Shown: piece after piece, positions 11,221-26,416 of the stretch
Layout of the letters: every line of letters starts with the position of its first letter
Position numbering within the stretch: the stretch's first letter is position 1
Origin: the human T2T-CHM13v2.0 reference genome, Homo sapiens
Assembly (NCBI RefSeq): GCF_009914755.1
Contig: NC_060925.1
Length of the DNA: 64,000 nucleotides
Direction: 5' to 3' (one strand)
Program-made: the position numbers and the translations under genes
The notes under the pieces: generated by a model
Seen by the model: only the letters and a program-made list of their open reading frames with translations
Databases searched by the model: none
Told to the model about the DNA's origin: nothing

Positions 11221-14064
11221 GTGTGTTTTGCGGGTGGAGGGGGTGCAATAAGAAAACCTGACCATATGGTGCTGCAAAATGGTGGTGGGAATAAGGTGCC
11301 AGGGGGACCCCCAGAAGAAGCAACTCATTTCACATTTGCAGAAGGCGAGGCTTCAGCTGGGATCTGGAGGATGAGGGGTGGGGAGCAGGGTGGGGATGAG
11401 AATCCCAGATGAAGGGCACAATAAGAATGAATGAACAGAGTCATGAAGCAGCATAGGGGTGCATGGCCTGGGCCAGAGCCTGAAGCCCTGGGCCAAATGA
11501 AGCCTGGGCAGACCTACCTCTGCAGGCCTACGCCAGCTGAGCCAGTTAATTCCTACCTTTCTTTAAGCCAATCTGTTGTCAGCTTTCACCTGAAAGTTCC
11601 TAACGGGTACAGGGCGTTTCTAGAGGGCAGAGTTTGATAGAGCTGGAAAAGGAGCAGTGAGTAGGTGCCTGGCACCTCCATGTGCAGGGGTTGGTCAAGT
11701 CCTTTTCCTTTTGATTCTGTCTCCACCTACACTTCTTATCAGGAGAAAAGATCTCGCCCTAGAAAATGTCCCCTGATCCGTGATGTTGGCCTGGCACCTT
11801 GGATAGTAAGTCCCGATTGGGCAGCCTGGGTGTCAGGAGCCCTGGGTTCTGTCCCAACCCCACCCACTGCCTGGCTGTGGGGCCTGGGCTGCGTTACACC
11901 CATTCTCTGAGCCTAGATTTGGGATTCATCCATCAGCCCATAGAGCTCTCTGAAGGAAGAGGCAATCTCCAACCCATTCATGTGGCCTCCAAACCTGGGA
12001 CAGTCCCGCCACAGAGCAGGTGTGAATGGAGCTGTTGACCAATCCATGGGGGAGCTGCACCTTCCTGCTCTAACCTTCTAGGATCAGGGCCATGTGTGAT
12101 ATGACAGGGACAACTGCAGTTCCCTCTGTCCACCCTGAGAGCCTCCTGGAGGCCTCAACCCCAGGTTGCAGCAGCAGGAAATCTTGCAAGATGAAATTTC
12201 CTATGCAGGCTGCACTGCAGAGGCCTCAGTTTACACACACTGTCTATCTCTGTTGAAGGCTCGCTGAGCCACAATCAGACTGTAGGGTGAGAAAAAGTCC
12301 CCCCAAAAGCTTAACGCTTTACTCTCCAGCTGCAGCAGACCTGGGCAGCCAACGTCAGGGACTCTCCTCAGTTTTCTCATTGCTGACAATGATGAGGGGG
12401 CCACGCACGGGGAAAAGACTCAAAGAATAAAATAAACCCATGGGGTTCAGCCCAGTCGATTCCTTAAAACCAGTAAGCCAGTGCCCTGCCCTGCAGTGTA
12501 GTGTGGGCTGCACGTCTCAGTGCTCAGAGGGTAGGGACATGTGTCTGTATTCACAGGCAGGAGCAGGGAAGGCAGAGGTGGGAGCACCCACCTTCTCCTC
12601 TAGGGAGAACACTGGAGTGAGTGAGGGGCCAGAGGTCTGGGCTGGTGATCCCAGGTCCATGCTTGATTCTTCTAGAACTCAGATGTCTTTCTTGGAGGCA
12701 GGTAGCATGCAGAAGTCAAGAGCCTGGAGCAGAGTACAGTAGCCTTGGGAGGGTTTAAGGTTAGGAAGAGAGATTCTATCACTCATCCCTTCATTTATTC
12801 CCTCCCTAGGTTCACAAGCCAGGGGGCTTACAGATGTTCTTGGGGAAGGTTGACAATAAACAGGGAATTACACAAAATATTTTATGGCCCATTTGTAATA
12901 AGGGCCATGAAGGGAAGCCAATTTCCGATGATTAAAAGATGTTAGACAGAAAGAGAGAGAGTAACTGACCCTTACTTTACATACATCTGAAACCTTGAAA
13001 CAAGTCAGCAAGGCAGGTGCTATCAGAGGAAGCTGAGGCTCAGAGAAGGTCGGCAACTGGCCCAAAGCCACGCAGCTTACAAGTAGTGGTGTTGAGATCC
13101 TGGACAAGCTAGGTCTGTCTCCAGAGTCAGTGCTCCTGGAACCATGCAGGAGTTCCTCCCAAGGAGAAGGCAAGGCAAGGCTACCGTGGAGCACTCAGCA
13201 CCACTTCCCAACAGGATCAGACCTGGGGAAACTGACCAGCTTGGTCCGGGAGTGTTATTCTGCCCAAGGACCAGTCTGGAGCTGGATTTAGTTTCTAGAA
13301 GAATCTTTCTAGCTCAGCAGCCCCGCAGCTTCAGAAGATGGGCATGTCAGGGCAAGCTCTGCTTTCTGCCTCTTCGAGGAGTCTTGCTGCCACTCAGAGA
13401 CCTGCTCACAGAGGCAGGAAAGTCAAGGATCTGCTTCCCCAAAGAACAGGCTGAGCCTCACACGGCCAAATCCCAGAATGGCTTTCAAGGAAGAGAACCC
13501 AGGTGTGTTTGTGTCCTGCCTCCATCTCTTACTGGCTGTGTGATCTCAGGCAAATGACTCTGTGAGCCTCTATTTTTCATGTGTGAAATAGATTTATTCG
13601 TAATAACATACGAAGCCTATACTCAACACATGTGGATTTCCTTTCTCTTCTACTGTCAGCTAGATCCCACAGAGCATGGTTTTCCCATCTCTGCCCCTCC
13701 ATTGTGACCTCCTGGAAGTCCCCACCCATGCCTAGTCAAAGCAATGAGCTGAATCCAGACTGAAATGAAGCTAATTGGAGAGTGGTGAGGGTTTCTGTGG
13801 CGATGAGCATTTAACTGGTTGTCCTGGGAGTCCTCATGATACTTTAAGAGAGATGATAGGCTCACTCTCAGTGTGGACCAGAGGATTCAAATGACCTCCT
13901 TGGTGTGGGACTCACCACAGGAGGTTTATTTTATTCTTTGAGCCTACAGCAGAGGTGAGGAGACAGGACAAGGGCCAGACGAGAAAGGGATCAAACTGGG
14001 GTGATGGTTGACGCTTGTGTTCAGAGAGTCAGAGGAGACAGGCCTTCCATTCCAGCTCAATGCC

Positions 14065-14930
14065 TACCTTAAAGATGGGGACACTGAGGCTCACTAGGGG
14101 AAAGGGACCTTACCCCAATCAACTCCCTGTCAGGGCAGAACTGACACCAGAGGCTGGGTTTCCTTCCTGACCACCGCACCCTCCTAGGGGTGGACCGGCA
14201 CCCTAGCTGATGATAATAAGCTGCCATTTCTGAGTGCTTTCTAGGTGCCCAGCCTTGCACTGAGCATTTTGTGAGCATTTGCTCATGTGCCTCTAATAAG
14301 CCCACGGGAAGATTGTATTATTATCATCAGGTGAAACTGGAGACAATTGGATGTTTGTGAGTGACAGGTAGATAATGAGTCATTGGCATAGAAGTAGGGG
14401 CTGGAGACAAAGCTTACAGTCCCACCATGTGTCTTAATGGTCAGGGTGCCAGGAGCTCAGGTACTTTACAGGTCTCATCTCATCAATATTCACACCAGTC
14501 TCCAAAGGGGGACATTGTTCTCTCTGTTTTGCAGTTGAGGAAACTGAGGCTCAAGGCATTTAGGCATGAGTAGCTAAGGTTACACCACACTAATAACCAT
14601 ACCCAAGACTGCTTGGGTGTTTACCTGTGGCCAGGCTCTCTTCCAAGTGTGATTTGTGTGTGTTAACTCACACCTCACAAACCTCCTAATGAAGGAGGGA
14701 CAACAGTGATTCCCACGTTATAGAGGAGGGAACACAAGCACGGAGAGGTTAATCGACTTGTCAAGGTCACAGAGCTTGTCTTGGCAGAGCCAAGAATCGA
14801 CCCCAGGCCATCTGATGTCAGGGCCCATGCTCTAACCCCCAGGTTGCAGCTGCCTCACAAGCTGATAAATGACAGAGCAGGATCCAAGCCCCAGGCAGCC
14901 TGGTTCCAGAGCTCATGCCCTCTCCAGTAC
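14065..14930 (-). mobile_element. Cluster of co-oriented MIR fragments
   Basis: Repeated MIR cores: gatggggacactgaggctca, gaggaaactgaggctcaag, gagaggttaatcgacttgtcaaggtcacagag, gacagagcaggatccaagccccaggc. Confidence 0.65.
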
Positions 14931-15149
14931 CCAAGGCCAGGGACTGAGGAGAGAGGCTCAGGCCAGGGCACCACCTAGGGCTTCATGGGCTGTGGTTGTC
15001 ATATTCTTCAAGCTCCACTCAGACCTCAGAGGAGGATCTGCAGCCGAGGAGGCCCAAAGGGGAGGCCTGCACCCAGAACTGGTCCTGCAGTGCCCTCAGG
15101 GCAGGGATCATGCCTGCATCTGCAGAGAGTGTGAGCTTACACAGACATG

Positions 15150-15615
<466 letters not shown>

Positions 15616-15631
15616 AGAATCAGACTCCAGC

Positions 15632-15987
15632 TCATATGGTTTGGCTGTGTCCCCACCCAAATCTCATCTTGAATTATACATCCCATAATTCCCTCATGTC
15701 ATGGAAGGGACTGGGTGGGAGATCATTGAATCATGAGGTCAGTTTCCCCCATACTGTTCTCGTGGTAGTGAGGAAGTCTCACGAGAGATGATGGTTTTAT
15801 AAGGGGTTTCCCCTTTCTCTTGGCTCTCACTCTTCTCTTGTCTGCCACCATGTGAGACATGCCTTTCATCTTCTGCCATGATTGTGAGGTCTCATGTGGA
15901 ACTGTGAGACCAGTAAACCTCTTTTTCCTTGTAAATTACCCAGCCTTAGGTATGTCTTTATCAGCAGCGTGAAAATGCACTAATACA
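15632..15987 (+). mobile_element. THE1 solo LTR (THE1C-like)
   Basis: Runs from t(c)atatggtttggctgtgtccccacccaaatctcatc to actaataca. Contains tttcccccatactgttctcgtggtagtga. Near-TSD ccagc/caagc. Confidence 0.88.
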
Positions 15988-16932
15988 CAAGCTGTCATCT
16001 GGGAAGCAGTATCCAAAGTCCGACTTGGACAGTCTGAGGTGTCAGACACTAAAGGTAATGGAAACCATGACCATAACAACATAGTTCCCGTGTCCAGAAT
16101 TTGGCCTGTCCTCCCATGTCCCTTCTCTTCTCAGTCCTCACAGTGACCCTTAAATGAAGGGACTCTTACAATCCCATTTTATAGATGAAGAAACTGAGAC
16201 TCAGGGTCACCCAGCTGGGGAGTGCGGCCACTGGGATTCATACTAAGCCTGGCCCAGGTTTCTCTCTCCGTCCCTCTCTGCAGGAGGCCCAGAAGGCAGA
16301 GGATGAGGAAGGCAGTGGGGCTGGGTGGGGGGACTCCTGCAGGGGCTTCCACCCAGATAATTGCCTCTGCCAAAACTCAGGAAACAGCCTCTGCCTCAGC
16401 TTTTCTGTTCATTCCCAAGTGGTATTTTAAGTTTCAGAAAGACCTAATAGCCTAGAAGAAGATTTGTACATGAAGAAGCATCTTTTCCTCAAGGTTATTG
16501 TAAGCACAGTTGAGGGAGCAGGAGAGATTTATGAGAAATTCTGCTGGGTCTGAAATAAACACAAACAGCTCAGGCTAAAAAAAAGGCACACTCACAGGAG
16601 ATGCTGGCCAGATATCCTCTGGGCACAGGACCTTGGAAGGTGCCCAGGCCTCCCCTCTCCATCCAGCAGGGACCTAGACCCCCTCCAATTACACACCTCG
16701 AGCAGTGAAATCATCATTACCCAATGGGCAGTTCACTCCATTAGTCCAAACTAATAAAGAGAAGGTGCTGATCCTCTGATAATTTCTCTTCATCAAGGAA
16801 ATGGGGTGGGGCAAGGAACAAGCCACAGAATTTGGAACCATCCATCCCAGCACCCCATGAATTGTGTGACAAGTGACTTGAAGCAAGGTACCTTGCTGGG
16901 CCTCAGGTTCACTTCTTTGTAAAGTAAACAAG

Positions 16933-17363
<431 letters not shown>

Positions 17364-17505
17364 TTATGCCCTGTCCGTGGAATGGTGACTGATGTAGGGT
17401 TGATTGACCAGGGGTGTATAATGTGTATGTGAGCTCATGTGAGCGTGCATGAGTGTGTATGTGTGTGAGTGTATATAAATGTGTGTGTGTGAGAGAGATA
17501 GTGTG

Positions 17506-18408
<903 letters not shown>

Positions 18409-19422
18409 GTGTACTGTGTGTGGGGTGGGTGTGTGCATGACTGTTTATGTTGTGTATGCATAAGCTGTATTTGAGATCTGAGGATGAGGCTTGGAGCAAA
18501 GAGATGAAGTGGTGGATGGTGATATGGGGAAGTTAGTCAGAGGTCTGCTCAGAGAAGACTGGGTGCTGTGCAATCCCTGGGGAAATCTTTTTCATGACTG
18601 TTTTAGTAAGTAATAAAGGGCATTTTTTCCTGAACTTATAGTAAAGTTAACATCCAAGAAGGTGTCCCCATCTGACACTTTAATTCCTTGTCTCCTTGGG
18701 GAATACACAGCAGCGAGCCATGGAGCAGGCACGGAGCATCTTCCCAGAGTGTCATCTTTCTCCAAGATCAGAGAAATGCCCATTACTTAATATTTAAAAC
18801 ACCATGGATAAATCATAGAGAGGAAAATGTGCATAGATTTGAAGTACTAAATTAGAAAGCTCCAAGAAGAAGTGTGCCAGTGGCTGGTTGCTTCAGCTCC
18901 TGCCTCTAGGCACCCTGGGGATATAGAAGCCCTACCTTGATATAAGGGGTGCATAGTGGATGCCTTTTGGAATCCTTGAATTTCAGGAAATGAGTGTCAG
19001 AGAAGGACACAGAGCAGGGCCACCACTTGCTCTTATTGGGGTTTTAGAAAACTGTCTCTGCAGAGCAGCTAGAGGTGGGGGAGCATAGAGGCCTGTGAGG
19101 AACGTTTGAAATAATACAGGTGAGGGGTGAGCGGAGGCTTGGAGCAGGACAGGGCAAAGGGAAAAGAGAAGAGGAAACTGGAAAGATATGTGGGAAAATT
19201 GCTCTTCGACTCTGGACTTGGGAGTGGAAAAATGTAGGACATGGGGAGGGAAGAATCCAGTCTGACTGGGGATTTAACCCTGGGTTCTCACTTGAGTGGT
19301 CTCAGAATCACAGGAAGAGAGGCAAGTGTCCATTCTGCAGGTAGGGGTAACAAAAGGGTGGAAGGCCCCAATTGTTGTAAGCCACCAATCCTTTATTCAA
19401 CTAGGACAACTACATTGTTCAA

Positions 19423-19650
19423 ATAGAAAGGGAAACACTATCCAATTCATTCTGTGGGGCCAGTATTTTTCTAATACAAAAACTAGAAAAAGAGCTAATA
19501 TGTAAATAAAACTGTAGAATAATATTCTTTACAAATATAAATGCAAAAATCCTCACCAAAACACTAATAAGCTGAATGTGAATAAGATTACACACCATAA
19601 GCAAGTAGGATTTATCCAGAATGCAAATTCGGCTTAATATATGAAAAGCA
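19423..19650 (+). mobile_element. Old L1 (L1MB-like) ORF2 fragment, left part of a host element
   Basis: Degenerate ORF2 segment (PNSF..DAKILNK..QVGFI..WFNI.KS). It stops where the L1MA begins and resumes at 26417. Confidence 0.75.
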
Positions 19651-22600
19651 GGGTGATGTCACCAAAATGGCAGAGTAGAAGCAATCTGGCTTCATTCTCC
19701 TCCACAGAAAACCAAATATATATATATATCCAGTGCAAAGATTGCAACCAGCAATGTCCCAAAACTCAAATATGAGACTGAGACAATCCCTGGGACCACA
19801 GAAAGATTAAAAATTCTGAGCAGATGGTAAAAGAAATGGACTTCTGTATCCACAACACCTCTCCCTCAATCTGCCAGGCATCGTGTATGGAAAATTCCTC
19901 CTGTACTCACAGTTTTTACACTGGAAAAAGTGAGATCAAGATAAACAGCCAGCTTTCCTGCCATCTTGGCTTCCCTTTCAGAAAAGCCATTCTTGCCACA
20001 ACCCATGGGAAGCATCACAAGTGCCTGTAGGGAGAAAAACCACTGGGGGCAGCCAGAAACAAAGGCAGGAGGCAAAACCAGCAACCCCACCTGAAAAACT
20101 CTGCTCTTTATCTCAGCCAAAGGAAAAGTCAAATCATAGTGGCTGTTCAGCAGCACCACATTGTAGGAGACAGGCTTCATGGGTCTTCTGGGCATGAACC
20201 AGCTTTCCCATCTAGCTGGGGCATCCCCTTTTGGATCATCCTTCCCAAACAACTGGATATCCCCTCTGGGACACCCTTCCCCCAATTTAGGATAGGTTGC
20301 GCTCTGAATATTTGCAAGAGCTGAGGCAATTCTGAGTGTAAGGCACCATCTAGTGCCAAAAAGGAGGAAGAGATAAAAGATTAAGGGACGTTGGGAGGCA
20401 ATTGCAGAGAACATCTAAGCAAACATACTCTATACCCCACAAAGACAAAAACAAACCAAACAGCAAAGACTGGAATAAATAACTAATCCTTCAATGCAGT
20501 CATAGGTGTAGTCCACAAGAAACAACACAGCAAACAGGTCATAGTTATGACCTCCCCAAGTGGACAAAGCAAGGAGCCAGTAACCAACCCTAACAAGATA
20601 GTAATGTGTGAGGTCTCAGATGGAGAATTCAAAATACAGTTCTAAGGAAACTCAGTGAACTTCAAGATAACACAGAAAAGTAGTTGAGGAATTTTATCAG
20701 AGAAATTTAACAAAGAGATTGAAATAATATATATATATAAAAACAGAAATCCTAGAACTGAGAAATACACTTGCTGACCTGAAAAATTCATTAAAGGCTC
20801 TCAACAGCAGAATTGATCAAGCAGAAGAAAGAATCAGTGAGCTCAAAGACAGGTTATTTGAAAATACAGTGTAAGAAGAGGAAAAAGAAAAATAAATTTA
20901 AATAGAACTAAGGAAGCCTACAAAATAGAGAAAATAACCTCAAAAGAGCAAATTTAAGAGTAATTAGCACGGAAGAGGGAGTTGAAGAAGAGCAACAGGT
21001 AGAAAACTTATTCAAAGAAATAATTTTAAAAACTTTCCAAACCTAGAGAAAGATATAAATATCCAGGTATATGGAGGTCAGAGATTACCAAATTGATTTA
21101 ATCCAAATAAGACCACCCCCAAGGCATATAACAATCAAACTCTCAAAGGTCACGGACAAAGAGAGGATTCTAAAAGCAGCAAGGTAAAAGAATCAAATAA
21201 CGTAAAGGAGAGGAGCTCCGTTGTGTCTGGCAACAGACTTTTCGGCAGAAACCATACAGGTCAGAAAGGAGTGGTATGATATATTTAAGGCACTGAAGGA
21301 AAAAAAACCTGTCAACTGAAAATGTTGTGCCCAGCAAAGCTTTCCCTTATACATGAAAGAGAAATAAAGTATTTTTCAGATAAACAAAAGTTGAGGGAAT
21401 TCATTACCACTAGACTCATCTTACAAGAATTCTAAAGCGAGTTCTTCAAACTGAAAGAAAAAGACACTAATGAGCAAGAAGAAAATATTTGAAGGTATAA
21501 AATTCACTGGGAAAAGTAAATACACAGACAAATTCAGAATAATCTAATACTGTAGTTGTGGTGTATAATTTCCTCACATCTCTAGTATAAAGACTAAAAG
21601 ACAAATTTATCAAAAGTAATTACAACTATGGCAACTTAAGAGGCAATATGAAAAGATGTAAATTGAAACAAGAAAAAGCCAAAATGTGGGGAGATACAGT
21701 TAACATGTAGAGTTTTTTAGTTTTTCCTTTGTTTCTTTTCTTCTCTTTGTGATCAAAGCTAAGTTATCTTCTGTTTAAAGTAACTTGTTTTATTTATAAG
21801 ATTTTTTTGTAAGCCCCATGGTAACCACAAAAGCATAAACCTATAATAGATACACTAAAAATAAAAAGCAATGAATTAAAACATACAACCAGGAACAAAA
21901 ATCACCTAACCACAAAGGAAGACAGGAGTTATTATACAAAACAACCAAAAAACAAGTAACAAAAGGGCAATAGCAAGTCCTTACCTATCAATAATAACAA
22001 TCAATGCAAATAGACTAAAATCTTCAATTAAAAGACATAGAACAGCTGAACGAATAAAAAAAATAAGACCCAACCATATGTTGCCTACAAAAAACTCACT
22101 TCACCTGTAAAGACACATGTAGACTGAAAGTAAAGGGATGGAAAAGATATTCTTTGCAACAGAAACCAAGAAAGACTAGATATAGCTACACTTACATCAG
22201 ATGAAACAGACTTCAAGTCAATGGCTATAAAAAGACACAAAGTCACTATGAAATTATAAATACATCAATTTACAAAGAGGATATAACAATTGTAAATATA
22301 AATGTACCCAATCCCAAAGCACTTCAATATATAAAGTAAACATTAATAAATCTAAAGGGAGAGATAGACTTCAATATAATAATAGTAGAGGACTTCAACA
22401 CCCCATTCTCAATAATGGACAGATCATCCAAACAGAAAATCAACAAAGAAACATCAGTTAAACTACACTCTAGACCAAATGGACCTAACTGACATTTACA
22501 CAACATTTCATCTGACTGCTGTAGAATAGACAATCTTCTCATCAACATATGGCACATTTTCCAGGACAGACCATACATCAGACCACAAAACAAGTCTGAA

Positions 22601-25600
22601 CATTCACAAAAGTAGAAATCATATCAAGTATCTTTTCTGACTATAGTGAAATAAACTAGAAATCAAGAACTAAAGAAATTTGGAAACTACACAAATACAT
22701 GAAAATTAAACAACATGGTCCTGAATGATAAATGGGCCAATGAAGAAATAAAGAAGAAAATTTAAAAATTTTTGAAACAAATGAAAATGGAAACACAACA
22801 TCTCAAAATCTATGGGATATAGCAAGAGCAGTACTAAGAGGGAAGTTTATAGCAATAAAAAAAGAAATAAAAAGTAGGATGATTTCAAATAAACACCCTA
22901 ATGATGAACTTCAACAAACTAGAAAAGTGAGAACAAACCAAACCCAAAATTAATAGAAGGAAAGAAATAATAAAGATCCAAACAGAAATAAATTAAATTG
23001 AGACTAAACAAATACCAAAAGTTGGTTTTTTGAAAAGATAAACAAAATGTTTTTGAAAAGAAAAACATTTAGCTAGACTAAAAAAAGAGAAGACACAAAT
23101 AAAACCAGAAATGAAAAGGGAAATTAACTGATACTATAGAAATACAAAGGATCACTGGAGACTAACATGAACAACTACAAGTTAAAAAATTGGAAAATCT
23201 GGAAGAAATGAATAAATTCCCAGATGCATACAACCTACCAAGATTAAACCTGAACAGACCAATAATGAGTAACAAGATCAAAGTAGTAATAAAATGTCTC
23301 TCATCAAAGAAAGCCCAGGACCTGATGGCTCCACTGCTGAACTCTACCAAATGTTTGAAGAAGAGCTAATACCAATTCTACTCAAACCATTCCAAAAAAT
23401 TGAAGATGGAATATTTCCAAACCCATTCTACAAGGCTAACATTATCCTGATCCCAAAACTGGACAAGGATACAACAATAAAGAAAGCAGCAGACAAAAAC
23501 ATCTGATGAACAGAGATGCAAAAGTCCTCAAAAAATATTAGCAAACTGAGTTCAACAACTCATTAAAAAGATTATTTACCATGCTTAAGGGGATTCATCC
23601 TAGGGATGCAAGTATGGTTCAACATACACAAATCAACAAATGTGATACATCAGCTTAATAGAACAAAGGACACAAACGATACAATTATTTCAATAGATGC
23701 TGAAAAAGCAATTGACAAAATTCAACATCGCTTTATGACAAAAACTCTCAACAAACTGAATACAGAAGGAACATGCCTCAAAATAATAACTGCTGTATAT
23801 GACATACCCACAGCTAACGTCATATGGAACAGGGAAAAATTGAAAGCCTTCCCTCTAAGTCTGGAACAAGACAATGATGCACACTTTCACTACTTTTACT
23901 CAACGTAGTAGTGGAAGTCCTAGGCAGATCAGCTAGGCAAGAGAAAGAAATAAAGGGCATCCAAATTGGAAAGGAAGAAGTCAACTTATTCTTGTTCACA
24001 GATGACATGATATTATATTTAGTAAAATCCTAAAGATTCCACCAAAAAACTGTTAGAAGTGATAAATCAAGTAAAGTTACAAGATAAAAAATTGACATAC
24101 AAAAATTAGTAGCATTTATGTATGCCAACAGTGAAAAATCTGAAAAAAAAATCATGAAAGCAATTCCATCTACAATAGCTACAAAAAATGTAAAATACCT
24201 AGAACTAAATTTAACAAAGAAGTGAAAGATCTTTACAAGGAAAACTAAAAAACACTGATGAAAGAAATTCATTATTGAGGATGAAAAACATGAAAAGTTA
24301 TCCCATGCTCATGGATTGAAAGAATTAATTGTTAAAATGTCAATACTATTCAAAGTGATCTACAAACTCATTGCAATCACTACCAAAATACCAATAACAT
24401 TCTTCACAGAAATAGAAAAAAATTACTAAAATTTGTAAAGGACCACAAAAGACTCCAAATAACCAAAGCAATCGTAAGAAAAAGAACAAAGCTGGAGGCA
24501 TCACCTACCTGACTTCCAAATATACTACAAAGCCATAGTAACCTAAACAGCATGGTACTGGCAGGAAATCAGACACATAAGACTGATGGAACAGAATAGA
24601 GAACCCAGATATAAGTCCATGAATTTATAGCCAACTCATTTCTGACAAAGGGATCAAGAACATACTAGAGGAAAGGACAGTCTTTTCAATAAATGGTGCT
24701 AGGAAAACTAGATAAGCAGAATGAATCTAGACCCCTACCTCTCACCACATACAAAAATCAGATCAAAATGGATTAAAGACTTAAATCTAAGACCTGAAAC
24801 TATGAAATTATGAGAGGAAAACACTGGGGAAATACTTTAGGAAAATTTGGGCAAGTTTTTTTGGGTAAGACCTTAAAAACACAGGCAACAAAAGCAAAAA
24901 TAAACAAATGGGATTCCTTCAGGCTAAAAAGCTTATATACAGCAAAGGGAACAATTGACAAAGTGAAGAGACAACCTACAGAGTAGGAGAAGATATTTGC
25001 AAACTGTCCATCCAACAAGGGGCTAATAACCAGAATACATAAGGAACTCAAACAACTCAACAGAAAAAATAAACGCGATTTTAAAATGGGCAAAAGATGT
25101 AAATAGAGATTTCTCAAAAAAAGACATACAAATGGCCAACAGACATATGAAAAAGAAATGGTCAACATTGCTAATCGTCAGGGAAATGCAAATCAAAACC
25201 ACAGTGAAATATCATCTCACCCCAGTTAAAATGATTTTTATCAAAAAGACAACAAATAACAGATGCTGGTGAGGATTCAGAGAAAGGGGAATGTTTGTAC
25301 ACTATTGCTGGGAATGTAAATTAGTATAGCCACTATGGAAAACAGTATAGAGGTTCCTTTAAAAACTAAAAATAGAACTACCATGTAATACACATAATCC
25401 CACTGCTGGGTGTTTATCCAAAAGAAAGGAAATGGATATATCAAACAGATACCTGCACTCTTGTGTTTATTGAAGTACTATTCACAGTAGTCAAGATATG
25501 AAATAAACCTAAATATCTATCACTGGATGAACAGATAAGGAAAATGTCTTACATATACACAAAGGAATATTATTCAGCCATAAAAAGAATGAAATCCTGT

Positions 25601-26063
25601 CATTTTCAGCAACATGGATGGAATTGAAGGCCATTAATGTTAAGTGAAGTTAGCCAGGTGCAAAGACAAATACAGCTTGTTCTAACTCACATGCAGTGAG
25701 AGCAAATAAGTGGTTCTCATGGAGATAAAGAGTTGATTGGTGGTTACCAGTGGCTGGGGAGAGTAAGTGGGGTGGAGAGAAAAAACAGAGGATCGGTTAA
25801 TGGGTATGAAAATGGAGTTCAATAGAAGGAATAAGATCTGGTGTTCTATAGCACAGTGGGGCAACTATAGTTAACAATAATTTGTTGTATAGTTCAAAAT
25901 TGCTGAAGAAGAGAAATTAGAATGTTCCTAACATAAAGAAGGGGTGAATGTTTGGGGTGATGAATGTCCCCATTGCCCTGGCTCAATCATTACACATTGT
26001 AGGTGTGTATCAAAATACCACATATATCCCCAAAATATGTACAACTATTATGTATCACCAAAA
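19651..26063 (+). mobile_element. Full-length degenerate L1MA (about MA4/MA5)
   Basis: 5' end gggtgatgtcaccaaaatggcagagtag. ORF1 relic at ~20.5-21.5 kb. ORF2 relics translate as SPGPDG..PILLK and [15 protein letters not shown]1MA-type 3' UTR ends tatgtacaactattatgtatca. Confidence 0.85.
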
Positions 26064-26067
26064 TGTA

Positions 26068-26088
26068 TGTGTGTGTGTGTGTGTGTGT
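26068..26088. repeat. (TG)n microsatellite
   Basis: Direct reading. Confidence 0.9.
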
Positions 26089-26124
26089 CCAAGAGAAACC
26101 TAAGTATAGATCACCACTAATTTT

Positions 26125-26375
26125 AATGTGGCATCCTGAATGAGATCCAAGGACATTAGGTAAAAACTAAGGAAATCTGAATAAAGTATGAATTGGTTAG
26201 CAATAATGTATCAATCGTGGTCTATTAAGTGTAAGAAATGTATCGTACTATTCTAAAATATTAATAACAGGAGAAAGTGGGTATAGGGTTTAATGGGAAC
26301 TCTCTATACTACCTTTGAAATTTTTTCCTATAAGTCTAAAACTGTTCCAACAATAAAATTCATTAAAATTTTTTA
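26125..26375 (+). mobile_element. 3' UTR fragment of a much older L1 (L1MC/L1MD-type)
   Basis: aatgtggcatcctg..aaggacattaggtaaaaactaaggaaatctgaataaagtatg..atgggaactctctatacta..tctaaaactgttc. Confidence 0.7.
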
Positions 26376-26416
26376 AATGAAAAAATAAATTAAAATGGAC
26401 AGATAACATTGTAAAA

